Assembly: GCA_039806955.1 (NCBI GenBank)
Contig: JBDHQI010000019.1
Span: forward strand, 3,707 to 67,706
Source of the DNA: Verrucomicrobiota bacterium
GTDB taxonomy: Bacteria; Verrucomicrobiota; Verrucomicrobiia; Limisphaerales; JADLHS01
Reading direction: 5' to 3'
DNA length: 64,000 nt
A program made the translations under genes and the position numbers. Under the pieces are notes generated by a model. It worked only from the letters and a program-made list of their open reading frames with translations, searched no databases and was not told the origin of the DNA. Below are positions 21,880 to 30,687 of the stretch, piece by piece. Position 1 is the first letter of the stretch. Every line of letters starts with the position of its first letter.

Positions 21880-22118
21880 ATTTCGTTTTGCTCTACTTGC
21901 TGACGTTGATTAAAGACGATTTGATTTCACAGATAAACCTCATAATTGCGTCCTCAAATAAAAGAGGCCAGGCGGAGACGGCAGAGGGTTGAAAAACCGA
22001 CCTCAACGGTGATTTTTTTCGGGAGAAACCCATTGATTGAAAAATGTTCGATTGAAAAAAGTTTTGCGACAGCAGCAATACTGGTGCGGCGCTTGCTTGA
22101 GTTGAACCATATTTTGTC

Positions 22119-22310
22119 ATGAACTGGAAAGCTAAACTCGCCGCCTATCTGCACGATCCGCCGCACAAGCCAGTTGGCATCCAACACCATGAGCAGGAAC
22201 GCGGCTCGTTCCTGAACCGTTTTGGTTTACCCGAGGTGGGGTTGGTGTTCATAACAGGCCGCAGTCAGCAAGAATCGTTGCTGGCCAAAATTCGGGCGAT
22301 GCGGAGGTGA
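22119..22310 (+). pseudogene. Truncated N-terminus of a type III-B Cas10/Cmr2-like protein
   Basis: MNWKAKLAAYLHDPPHK matches the recalled Cmr2 N-terminal WxxKLxAxLHDPPxK motif; ORF ends after 63 aa. Confidence 0.55.
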
Positions 22311-22464
22311 ATGCCACGGATGCCCGCGTTCTCGTCGCCAAGTCAGTAGCTCGCGGCGTTGCGACTCCGTCAATTGCCGCCAGAGATAGCGTGGCTTGGA
22401 CAGGCCCGCACCCTGTCAGGACAAGCGACAAAAGTCAGGCATAAATTGGTATGCGCATCGGTGC

Positions 22465-22621
22465 TGTTTGTAGTGCCGTCTGAAGGCGGCACTACAAGCA
22501 GAACGCCCTCGCCGCCTGAAGGCGGCACTACGAACATTTCTGCCGCTCGCAGTCCTGCCTTTGGGCAGATTGAAGTTTCCCTTGTTGTTCGTAGTCCCGG
22601 CTTTAGCCGGGACTGCAAACA
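22465..22621. repeat. Cluster of GTAG-type REP palindromes
   Basis: tgtttgtagtgccgtc-tgaa-ggcggcactacaagca (22465-22500), ccgcctgaaggcggcactacgaaca (22512-22536), tgttcgtagtcccggc-ttta-gccgggactgcaaaca (22586-22621). Confidence 0.8.
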
Positions 22622-22722
22622 TCCAGGTCGAGCGGTTCCGCATTGCTTCCGTTCGCGTGAAATTCCACTATGTTCACGGTGGTAAAAGTGACCAGCGACA
22701 AACTAAAGATCCGATAAACATC

Positions 22723-23580
22723 ATGAAAACAAAATTGATGACAACAATCCTGGCGACAGCCATTGGTTTCAGCTTCGCTCCGGCGAGCTTCGCGCAAGCC
22801 CCGAAAGTGGATTTCCCGGCGCCCAGTCCGACGTCCACGCTGAAGCAGCGCGTCGGTCTGACGGACATTGAAATTGTATATTCGCGTCCGGGAGTAAAAG
22901 ATCGCGAAATTTTCGGCGGCCTCGTGCCGTACGGCAAGGTCTGGCGCACAGGCGCGAATGCCGCAACGCGGATTTCGTTCAGCACGGATGTCAAATTGAA
23001 CGGACACGATGTGCCCGCGGGGACGTATGAACTGTTTACCATTCCCGATGAAAATGAATGGACCATCATCATCAACAAAGGCACGGGGCAATGGGGAGCG
23101 TTTCAGTATGACGAAAAACAGGATTTCCTGCGCTTCAAAGTCAAGCCACGGCAACGCGCACGTTCCCTGGAAACATTCACCATCGGCATCAACAACATCC
23201 GGGACGAAATCGCCACCATCAGTCTGGCCTGGGACAAAACCAGCATTTCAATCAAATTTGAAGTGGATTTGACTTCCAAACTCGTTCCACAAATCGAGGC
23301 CGCCATGGCCGCGCCCGACGGCAAGAAACCCTACTTCCAAGCCGCGACGTTTTATTACAATCACGGGCTCGATTCACAAAAAGCCTTGAAATGGGTTAAT
23401 GCCGCCGTCGCCGAAAATGAAGCGCATTACATCGTGCATTTGAAGGCCAAGGTTCTGGCGCGTCTTGGTGACAAAGCGGACGCCATCGCCGCCGCGAAAC
23501 GCTCGAAAGAACTGGCCATCGCCGCCAAGGACTTCGGCTTCGTCAAGCTGAACGATGATCTGATCGCCAGCTTGCAGTAA
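22723..23580 (+). CDS. DUF2911 domain protein with C-terminal TPR-like helices, exported
   Basis: Signal peptide; PSP..TLKQRVGLTDIEIVYSRP, IFGGLVPYGKVWRTGAN. Confidence 0.88.
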   Translation: MKTKLMTTILATAIGFSFAPASFAQAPKVDFPAPSPTSTLKQRVGLTDIEIVYSRPGVKDREIFGGLVPYGKVWRTGANAATRISFSTDVKLNGHDVPAGTYELFTIPDENEWTIIINKGTGQWGAFQYDEKQDFLRFKVKPRQRARSLETFTIGINNIRDEIATISLAWDKTSISIKFEVDLTSKLVPQIEAAMAAPDGKKPYFQAATFYYNHGLDSQKALKWVNAAVAENEAHYIVHLKAKVLARLGDKADAIAAAKRSKELAIAAKDFGFVKLNDDLIASLQ

Positions 23581-23587
23581 ACGCCTC

Positions 23588-26134
23588 ATGAATCCGACGC
23601 AGGTCCCTGCTCGGTCGGCACGCTGGCTGGGAACGGTGGGAACATTGGGTTGGCCTCTGGCCCTGGCCGGCGCGCTGTGCTGGCCGGGCCGGGCGAAAGG
23701 AACTGAATTGCTCGTCGCTCCCGCGGCCATCAAACAGGAATTGATCCGTTTCAACACGATCGGCAGCGTGTTGTTGATCGCGGCGCATCCTGACGACGAG
23801 AACACGCAGTTGATCACCTACCTATCGCGCGGGCGGGGCTATCGCATGGGTTACCTCTCGCTGACGCGCGGCGATGGCGGACAAAATGTGATCGGACCGG
23901 AGTTTGACGAAAAGCTCGGCGTGGCGCGCACGCAGGAATTACTGGCCGCGCGCCGATTGGATGGCGGCCAGCAGTTTTTCACCCGGGCGATAGATTTTGG
24001 TTACTCCAAAACGCCCGAAGAGACTTTGCGTTTTTGGGACCGGGACGCGGTGTTGGGCGACATTGTGCGCGTCATCCGAAAATTTCAGCCGGACGTAATC
24101 GTGACCCGCTTCCCCATTCCGCCCGGCAGCGGTGGGCACGGACATCACACGGCATCGGGGATTCTGGGGCTGGAAGCGTTCAAGCGGGCGGGCGATCCTA
24201 ACGCCTATCCGGATCAGATCCGAGCCGGGCTCCAACCGTGGTCGGCCAAACGCGTGCTGTGGAATGAATCCAGTTGGCAACGTCGCGATAGTTTGGAAGG
24301 ACCAACCATCCGGGTGGACATCGGCGGCACGGATCCGGTAACGGGCGAGGGCTTTGGGAGCATCGCCGCAGCCAGCCGGGCGCAACACGTCACTCAAGGC
24401 TTTGCCAACTTCAGTCGCGGCAGCGGCAGTGGTCCCACACCGGAAACTTTCCGACTGCTCGCGGGCGATCCCCCCACGAACGATCTGATGGACGGCCTTG
24501 ACCTCACCTGGGCACGCTTTCCGGGCGGAGAAGAAATCGCGCAACGGACGCAAAAAGCAATCGTCGCTTTCGATCCGCAGTCCCCAGCGCGCAGCGTGCC
24601 GGAATTACTGGCCATCCGCGCCCAATTATCCGCGATGCCGGAAAATGCGGTCCTGGCTGACAAACGCGCCCAACTGGATCACATTCTGCAATCCTGTCTG
24701 GGCTTGAGAGTGACCACCACGACAGCGCGACCGGAAGTTGTGCCGGGCGAAACCGTGACCTTGACGCAAACGGTTCAACTGACCAGCGACGTGCCAGTGC
24801 GTTGGGTTGAAACGCGTTTGCGCTACCCGACGCAAACAATCCCGGCACACGCTCCGCTCACTGCTGGAAAGGACCTGCACCAGGAGCTGCGCGTCACCGT
24901 GCCGTTGGACGCGCCATTGACGCAACCTTACTGGTTGCGCGAACCGGGCACGAGCGGCACGTATCGCGTGGACGATCCAAGTTTAATCGGCACGCCGGAA
25001 AACGCGCCGACGTTTCCGCTGGATTACGTTTTCGACGTGGCCGGACAAACGCTAGTCATCCCGGATGAACCACGAGGTCGGGTCAAAGACGGCCAAACGG
25101 AACGGCAACGACGGGTGGATGTGATCCCACCGGTATCGCTGCGTTTCATGGCGGAGGTGAATCTGTTCCATCCCGGCCGCACACGATCCGTCACCGTGAC
25201 AGTGACGGCGGCACGCCCCAACCTCAAAGGCACGGTGCAGCTCGAATCTCCGACCGGCTGGAAAATCACTCCCGCCACGCGCGAGTTTGCGCTCACCACC
25301 ACCGGCGCGAGTCAGTCACTTTCGTTTGAAGTCACCGCACCGACCGGGCCGGCCACCGCACGGCTCACCGTCAGCGCCTCGGTCCAGCATCGGCGCTACG
25401 CCAACCAGCGCATTGAAATCAATTACCCGCACCTCCCCTTCATGCTGCTGCAACCCCCAGCCCAGTCTCGCTTGGTGGCGGTGGATTTTGCGGTGCGCGG
25501 AAAAAATGTCGGTTACGTGCCGGGCGCGGGCGACGCAACCGTGGCCGCACTGGAACAGTTGGGCTATCACGTCACGACCTTGACCGGCAGCGATTTGACG
25601 CCGGAAAACCTGAAAGGGTTGGACACGGTGGTGATTGGGGTGCGCGCATTTAACGAACGTCAGGACCTCGCCTCGCGAATGACCAATTTATTTGATTACG
25701 TTAAAAATGGCGGCACGGTCATCGCGCAATACAACCGCCCGAACGACCTGAAGACGCAGGAGTTGGGGCCGTATCCACTTTCGATTCAAGGTCCGGCGCC
25801 GCAATTGCGCGTGACGGATGAACACGCCCCCGTCACTTTTCTCGACCTGCAATCGCCCGCTTTGACCACGCCAAATCCCATCAGCGCCGCTGATTTCGAC
25901 GGTTGGGTGCAGGAACGCGGTTTGTATTTTCCGAGTCAGTGGGACGAGGAACATTACGACGCAGTGCTGGCGATGGCGGATCCGGGAGAGGCCCCGTTGC
26001 GCGGCAGTTTGTTGGTCGCCAAATACGGTCAGGGATATTACGTCTATACTGCGGTCGCGTTCTTCCGGCAATTGCCACAAGGCGTGCCGGGGGCATACCG
26101 GTTGTTCGCCAATCTGATTTCACTGGGAAAATGA
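23588..26134 (+). CDS. Large exported PIG-L/LmbE family deacetylase/amidase with Ig-like (NEW3-like) and C-terminal GATase-like domains
   Basis: AAHPDDEN and GHGHH metal motifs, LTRGDGGQN, RTQELLAARRLDG; hydrophobic N-terminus. Confidence 0.88.
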   Translation: MNPTQVPARSARWLGTVGTLGWPLALAGALCWPGRAKGTELLVAPAAIKQELIRFNTIGSVLLIAAHPDDENTQLITYLSRGRGYRMGYLSLTRGDGGQNVIGPEFDEKLGVARTQELLAARRLDGGQQFFTRAIDFGYSKTPEETLRFWDRDAVLGDIVRVIRKFQPDVIVTRFPIPPGSGGHGHHTASGILGLEAFKRAGDPNAYPDQIRAGLQPWSAKRVLWNESSWQRRDSLEGPTIRVDIGGTDPVTGEGFGSIAAASRAQHVTQGFANFSRGSGSGPTPETFRLLAGDPPTNDLMDGLDLTWARFPGGEEIAQRTQKAIVAFDPQSPARSVPELLAIRAQLSAMPENAVLADKRAQLDHILQSCLGLRVTTTTARPEVVPGETVTLTQTVQLTSDVPVRWVETRLRYPTQTIPAHAPLTAGKDLHQELRVTVPLDAPLTQPYWLREPGTSGTYRVDDPSLIGTPENAPTFPLDYVFDVAGQTLVIPDEPRGRVKDGQTERQRRVDVIPPVSLRFMAEVNLFHPGRTRSVTVTVTAARPNLKGTVQLESPTGWKITPATREFALTTTGASQSLSFEVTAPTGPATARLTVSASVQHRRYANQRIEINYPHLPFMLLQPPAQSRLVAVDFAVRGKNVGYVPGAGDATVAALEQLGYHVTTLTGSDLTPENLKGLDTVVIGVRAFNERQDLASRMTNLFDYVKNGGTVIAQYNRPNDLKTQELGPYPLSIQGPAPQLRVTDEHAPVTFLDLQSPALTTPNPISAADFDGWVQERGLYFPSQWDEEHYDAVLAMADPGEAPLRGSLLVAKYGQGYYVYTAVAFFRQLPQGVPGAYRLFANLISLGK

Positions 26135-26283
26135 CCAAGCCGCACCCGCCATCTGAATCGCCGTCCGAGGAAGCGCCGAATGTTCCCGGTTTCCGCACCT
26201 GGCGCGGCATTTATGTATTCGTATTGTTTTGGTTCATCGGCTGCGTTGCGCTGTTGGCGTGGCTTTCCCACGCCTTCAAATGA
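26131..26283 (+). CDS. 50-aa single-pass membrane protein
   Basis: MTKP...FRTWRGIYVFVLFWFIGCVALLAWLSHAFK; ATGA overlaps with both neighbours. Confidence 0.75.
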   Translation: MTKPHPPSESPSEEAPNVPGFRTWRGIYVFVLFWFIGCVALLAWLSHAFK

Positions 26284-27995
26284 ACTGGATTGACTGGCTG
26301 GTTCTGGTGGGAACGATGGTGGGCATTGCCGCCTACGGCACCTGGCGCACCCGTCACACGCGCAATCTCAACACGTACCTCAAGGGCAACGTCAACACCG
26401 GTTGGTTGACTATTGGTCTCTCGGTCATGGCCACCCAAGCCAGCACCATCACCTATCTTTCGCTGCCCGGGCAGGCATTTGAAAGCGGCATTGACTTCAT
26501 CCAAAACTATTTCGGCCTGCCGCTCGCGTTGATTGTGGTCTGCATTGTCTTTCTGCCGATCTACCGCAAACTTGGCGTTTATACCGCCTACGAGTATCTC
26601 GGCAAACGGTTTGACGCCAAGACGCGGCTGCTCGGCGCGGCGCTGTTTCTCTTGCAACGCGGTTTGCAGGCGGGCATCACCATTTACGCGCCAGCCATCA
26701 TTCTCTCGACCGTGCTCGGCTGGCGACTGGATTTAACGATTCTGTTCACCGGTCTGCTGGTGGTGGTGTACACCGTCACCGGCGGCAGCGCGGCGGTGAA
26801 CCTGACGCAAAAATGGCAGATGGGCGTGATCTTCGTCGGGATGGTGGCCGCGTTCGTCATTCTGGTGTTGAAACTGCCGCCCGATGCCACGCACATCGCC
26901 GGCGCGTTGGGCAAATTGCAGGGCGTGGACTTCACGCCGGACCTGAAACGCCGTTATACTTTCTGGAGCGGCATCCTCGGCGGATTCTTTCTCTCGCTTT
27001 CCTACTTCGGCACCGACCAATCACAGGTGCAACGCTACATCGGTGGCGCCGCGTTGCGCGAAGGGCGATTGGGTCTGATGTTCAACGCCGTGTTCAAAAT
27101 CCCAATGCAGTTTTTCATCGTCATGCTGGGCGCGCTCCTGTTTGTGTTCTATCAATTCCAGCCAAACACTCCAGTCTTCTTCAACCAAACCGAGTGGCAA
27201 CGTCACGCGCAAGGTTCACAAGGCGCGGAGCTGCGGATGATTGAAGCCAAGTTCGCTGCGGTTCACGCTGAGAAACAGGAGAAAATCCGCGCCTGGGTCG
27301 CCGCGCGTGATGGCGGCGACGCGACGCTCGAAAGCGCGGCCCGGACCGCCATGATCGAATCCCACCAAGCCGCCAACGCGCTGCGCCAACAAGCCCGCAG
27401 CACGTTGCTTGCGCTGGATCCCACGGTGAAAACCAAAGACTCGGATTACGTGTTCATCACTTTCATTCTGACGCAGCTTCCGCATGGCCTGGTCGGTCTA
27501 TTGATCGCCGTGATGTTTGCCTCGGCGTTGTCCTCCAAAGCCGGGGAACTCAACGCGCTCGGCACGACGAGCACGATTGATCTGTGGCGGCACTTCCGCC
27601 CCCTGGCCGTTCACGATGAAGCGCGCAACGTGCGCAATGCCAAATGGTTCACCGCGCTGTGGGGCGTTTTCGCCATTGGTTTTGCCCTGTTCATCGGCTT
27701 TGCCGAAAACCTGATTGAAGCTTTGAACATCGTGGCTTCCATTTTTTATCCGTCGCTATTGGGTGTATTTTGCGTGGCGTTCTTCTTCAAACGCGTCGGC
27801 GGTTCGGCGGTGTTCGGGGCCGCCATCGTCGCGCAACTGCTCGTCTTGCTCATCTTTTTCTGCGGCAAAATATTTCCCGCCCACGAAATCGGCTACCTCT
27901 GGCTGAATCCCATCGGTTGCGCCGGTTGCATCGGCTTCAGTCTGCTCTTTCAATGGTTATTGGGTCGCCGCAATGCCGCGATCGCCAAATCATGA
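26280..27995 (+). CDS. Sodium:solute symporter (SSS)
   Basis: GLSVMATQAS.ITYLS.PG, YFGTDQSQVQRY, about 13 TM helices. Confidence 0.93.
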   Translation: MNWIDWLVLVGTMVGIAAYGTWRTRHTRNLNTYLKGNVNTGWLTIGLSVMATQASTITYLSLPGQAFESGIDFIQNYFGLPLALIVVCIVFLPIYRKLGVYTAYEYLGKRFDAKTRLLGAALFLLQRGLQAGITIYAPAIILSTVLGWRLDLTILFTGLLVVVYTVTGGSAAVNLTQKWQMGVIFVGMVAAFVILVLKLPPDATHIAGALGKLQGVDFTPDLKRRYTFWSGILGGFFLSLSYFGTDQSQVQRYIGGAALREGRLGLMFNAVFKIPMQFFIVMLGALLFVFYQFQPNTPVFFNQTEWQRHAQGSQGAELRMIEAKFAAVHAEKQEKIRAWVAARDGGDATLESAARTAMIESHQAANALRQQARSTLLALDPTVKTKDSDYVFITFILTQLPHGLVGLLIAVMFASALSSKAGELNALGTTSTIDLWRHFRPLAVHDEARNVRNAKWFTALWGVFAIGFALFIGFAENLIEALNIVASIFYPSLLGVFCVAFFFKRVGGSAVFGAAIVAQLLVLLIFFCGKIFPAHEIGYLWLNPIGCAGCIGFSLLFQWLLGRRNAAIAKS

Positions 27996-28768
27996 CCACC
28001 GCCCCGATCATTTGTTTCGGCCAGCAACCCTGTGGATTTTTTCCGCGACGCTTTCTCTTCGCCAAAATCCAGACGGCCCGCCGGCTCCAGTTGGAGATTG
28101 GCGGTGAAATCGTGTTCTTCTATCACGACAGCGATCATGACCCGCGTGAGACGCGCACCCGGTTGCGACATCGCAAAACCAACGAACTGGCGCACCTGAA
28201 TTTCAGCGTGACGAACAAAATTCAACGCAAATTCGCGCCGTTGTTTTTGAAACGCATCACTCCGGACTGGCCGCACAAAACGGCGGCGCAACTGCCCAAT
28301 TACGTCGGACACGATTTGATGGATTTATTTCAATCCGTGGCGGCGGATAACGTGGCGGATTTCTGTCTCGAGATGTACCGGCGGCTGGGTTTGCTGGACG
28401 GCATTCGCCTGGTGCGCTCAGGCGATCCGGCCGTGCGCCGGGCCGCCTGTGAGATCGAGGACCGCTTCGTGGATGTGCCCTATGAGGGCGAAATCGTCCG
28501 CGCGCGCCTCACCCCCGAAGGGTTTCAACTTCACGAGGGCGGCAATTCCTTCTTGCACTTCCCGATCACCGCTTTTACGAAAGAACAGGTCAGCCCGACG
28601 CGCGACAGCCGTTTGCGTTGGATGCAATCGGTCGTGCCTTGCACGCATTACATCGCCGGCATGGGCGAACAAAATTATTTGCATCCGGAGGAAACGCCGG
28701 AGATTACTTTCGTGAAGCGCGATTTTATTGAACGTTCTGATGAGGCCTATACCGAAATCTCCCGCTAA
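27992..28768 (+). CDS. Short BshC-like putative cysteine-adding enzyme (258 aa)
   Basis: FGQQ, FFYHDSDHD, QVSP..SRLR and HYIAGMGEQNY match recalled BshC motifs in order; adjacent to bshB1 and bshA. Confidence 0.65.
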   Translation: MTTAPIICFGQQPCGFFPRRFLFAKIQTARRLQLEIGGEIVFFYHDSDHDPRETRTRLRHRKTNELAHLNFSVTNKIQRKFAPLFLKRITPDWPHKTAAQLPNYVGHDLMDLFQSVAADNVADFCLEMYRRLGLLDGIRLVRSGDPAVRRAACEIEDRFVDVPYEGEIVRARLTPEGFQLHEGGNSFLHFPITAFTKEQVSPTRDSRLRWMQSVVPCTHYIAGMGEQNYLHPEETPEITFVKRDFIERSDEAYTEISR

Positions 28769-29477
28769 ACCCGCGCCGCTGCTGGTCTTCGGCGCGCACC
28801 CGGACGACATTGAATTCGGCTGCGGTGGCGTGGTCGCTTTGGAAACCCGACGCGGCCGCCCGACGCATCTGGTGGTCTGCTCCCGAGGCGAAGCGGCCAC
28901 GCACGGCACGCCCAAACAACGCGCGCGAGAAGCGCAACAGGCGGCGAAAATTTTGGGCGCCACGCTCGAGTGGATAACGCTGGACGGCGATGCGCATCTG
29001 GAATTAAAGGTCGCGCACACGATCAAGCTGGCGAAGCTCATTCGCCAACACCGCCCCGGCCTCGTGCTGGCCCCCTGCCCCGTCGAAAATCAGCATCCCG
29101 ATCACGACCGGCTCGGCAAATTGGTGCGCGATGCGGCGCGACTGGCGCGTTACGGCGGCGTCAAGGAATTGCGCCGCCAATTGCCCCACCGCATCGGACA
29201 ATTGCTCTTTTACGCGTTGACGGAAGAAGTGCAGGCCGTCGCGGGCACCGCCGTGTTGATAGATATTTCCGATCCGGCGCTCGTTGCCACCTGGACCCAA
29301 GCCATGCAAGCCCACGCTTCCCAAACGGCGACCCGACGTTACGTGGAAATGCAGCTTCTGCGCGCCCGGCTGAACGGCCATCGCGCCGGTGTCGAATACG
29401 CGCAGGCGCTGTTTCCCAACGACCCGCCGCTCTTGGAATCATTAACGCCGCTGGAACGTGGCGCGCGTCATTTTTGA
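28740..29477 (+). CDS. bshB1: GlcNAc-malate deacetylase BshB1-like
   Basis: FGAHPDDIEFGCGG, SRGEAATHGT...RAREA, HPDH; directly before bshA. Confidence 0.82.
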   Translation: MRPIPKSPAKPAPLLVFGAHPDDIEFGCGGVVALETRRGRPTHLVVCSRGEAATHGTPKQRAREAQQAAKILGATLEWITLDGDAHLELKVAHTIKLAKLIRQHRPGLVLAPCPVENQHPDHDRLGKLVRDAARLARYGGVKELRRQLPHRIGQLLFYALTEEVQAVAGTAVLIDISDPALVATWTQAMQAHASQTATRRYVEMQLLRARLNGHRAGVEYAQALFPNDPPLLESLTPLERGARHF

Positions 29478-29478
29478 C

Positions 29479-30627
29479 ATGGTGGAGCGTCCCTTAAAAA
29501 TTGGCATTACCTGTTATCCGAGTGTCGGCGGCAGCGGCGTGCTGGCCACTTTGCTTGGCGAAGAACTGGCGCAACGCGGCCACGAGGTGCATTTCATCAG
29601 TTACGAACGTCCGTTTCGTCTGCCCGAAAACGCGCCGCGCGTTTACTTCCATCCCGTCGTCATCAATGACTACGAACTGTTCAAGTATCCGGACTACACC
29701 CTGCCGCTCTCCGTGCGCATGGCGGAGGTCAGCCAACAATATCAGTTGGATATTTTGCACGCGCATTACGCCGTGCCGCACGCCACCGCCGCGCTGCTCG
29801 CGAACGCCATGCTGCCCGCTGGCGCGCGGCCCCGCATCATCACCACCGTGCATGGCACCGACACCACGCTGCTCGGAAATGATCCCGGCTATCGTCCGGC
29901 GATTTATCACGCTCTGGCCAACTCGGACGTTGTCACCGCTGTCTCCAATCATCTGCGCACAGAAACCCAACGCGTCATCGGGTTCAACGGCCACATCGAA
30001 GTAATCCACAATTTCTACGGCCCGCTGCCGCCACAACGCGCTCCGGAAACCATGCGGCGCGACCTGGGGTTGCGCGATGAAATCCTGATCTTTCACGCCT
30101 CAAACCTGCGGCAAGTGAAACGCATTGACGTGCTGCTGGCCGCCGTCGCCCAGCTTCGTGATCGCCAGGACTGGAAGTTGCTCATCCTGGCCGGTGCGCC
30201 GTTTGCGCCCTACGCCCAAGACTTGCAACGCCTCGGCCTGACCGACCGCGTCATCGTGCGCGAAAAGGTTCTGGACGTGGAAGATTACCTGCAAATCGCC
30301 GACCTCGGATTGTTCACCTCGGACACGGAAAGTTTTTGTCTGAGCCTGCTGGAAGCCATGTGCTTTGGCTGTCCCAGCGTCTCGACGCGCGTTGGAGGCA
30401 TCCCGGAAGTGGTCGAAGACAATATCTCAGGTTTGTTGTCTCCCGCCGGTGACGCCGACGCCTTGGCTCAAAACCTCCGACGTTTGCTCTCCGATGCCGT
30501 GGAACGGACCAAACTGGGTAGCGCGGCAAAAGCCCGCGCGCAGGAACGCTTCTCCGCGGAAGTCATCGTGCCGCAGTATGAGGCGCTATACCGCCGCGCG
30601 TTGGAAAACCAACCCAAACACAGTTAG
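29479..30627 (+). CDS. bshA: N-acetyl-alpha-D-glucosaminyl L-malate synthase
   Basis: KIGITCYPSVGGSG, HAHYAVPHA, TTVHGTD, ESFCLSLLEAM. Confidence 0.93.
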   Translation: MVERPLKIGITCYPSVGGSGVLATLLGEELAQRGHEVHFISYERPFRLPENAPRVYFHPVVINDYELFKYPDYTLPLSVRMAEVSQQYQLDILHAHYAVPHATAALLANAMLPAGARPRIITTVHGTDTTLLGNDPGYRPAIYHALANSDVVTAVSNHLRTETQRVIGFNGHIEVIHNFYGPLPPQRAPETMRRDLGLRDEILIFHASNLRQVKRIDVLLAAVAQLRDRQDWKLLILAGAPFAPYAQDLQRLGLTDRVIVREKVLDVEDYLQIADLGLFTSDTESFCLSLLEAMCFGCPSVSTRVGGIPEVVEDNISGLLSPAGDADALAQNLRRLLSDAVERTKLGSAAKARAQERFSAEVIVPQYEALYRRALENQPKHS

Positions 30628-30687
30628 CGCCCGCCAGGTACAGACTCGCATCAAGACCAGCGGACAACTACGAGTCGCGCAACGTCA

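Noticed and set aside
22311-22722. Possible CRISPR array, and several short ORFs including the N-terminal extension of ORF 22561
   Set aside because: Repeats are palindromic GTAG REPs with irregular spacing and no spacer periodicity; the ORFs are REP-derived, and the DUF2911 signal peptide starts at 22723
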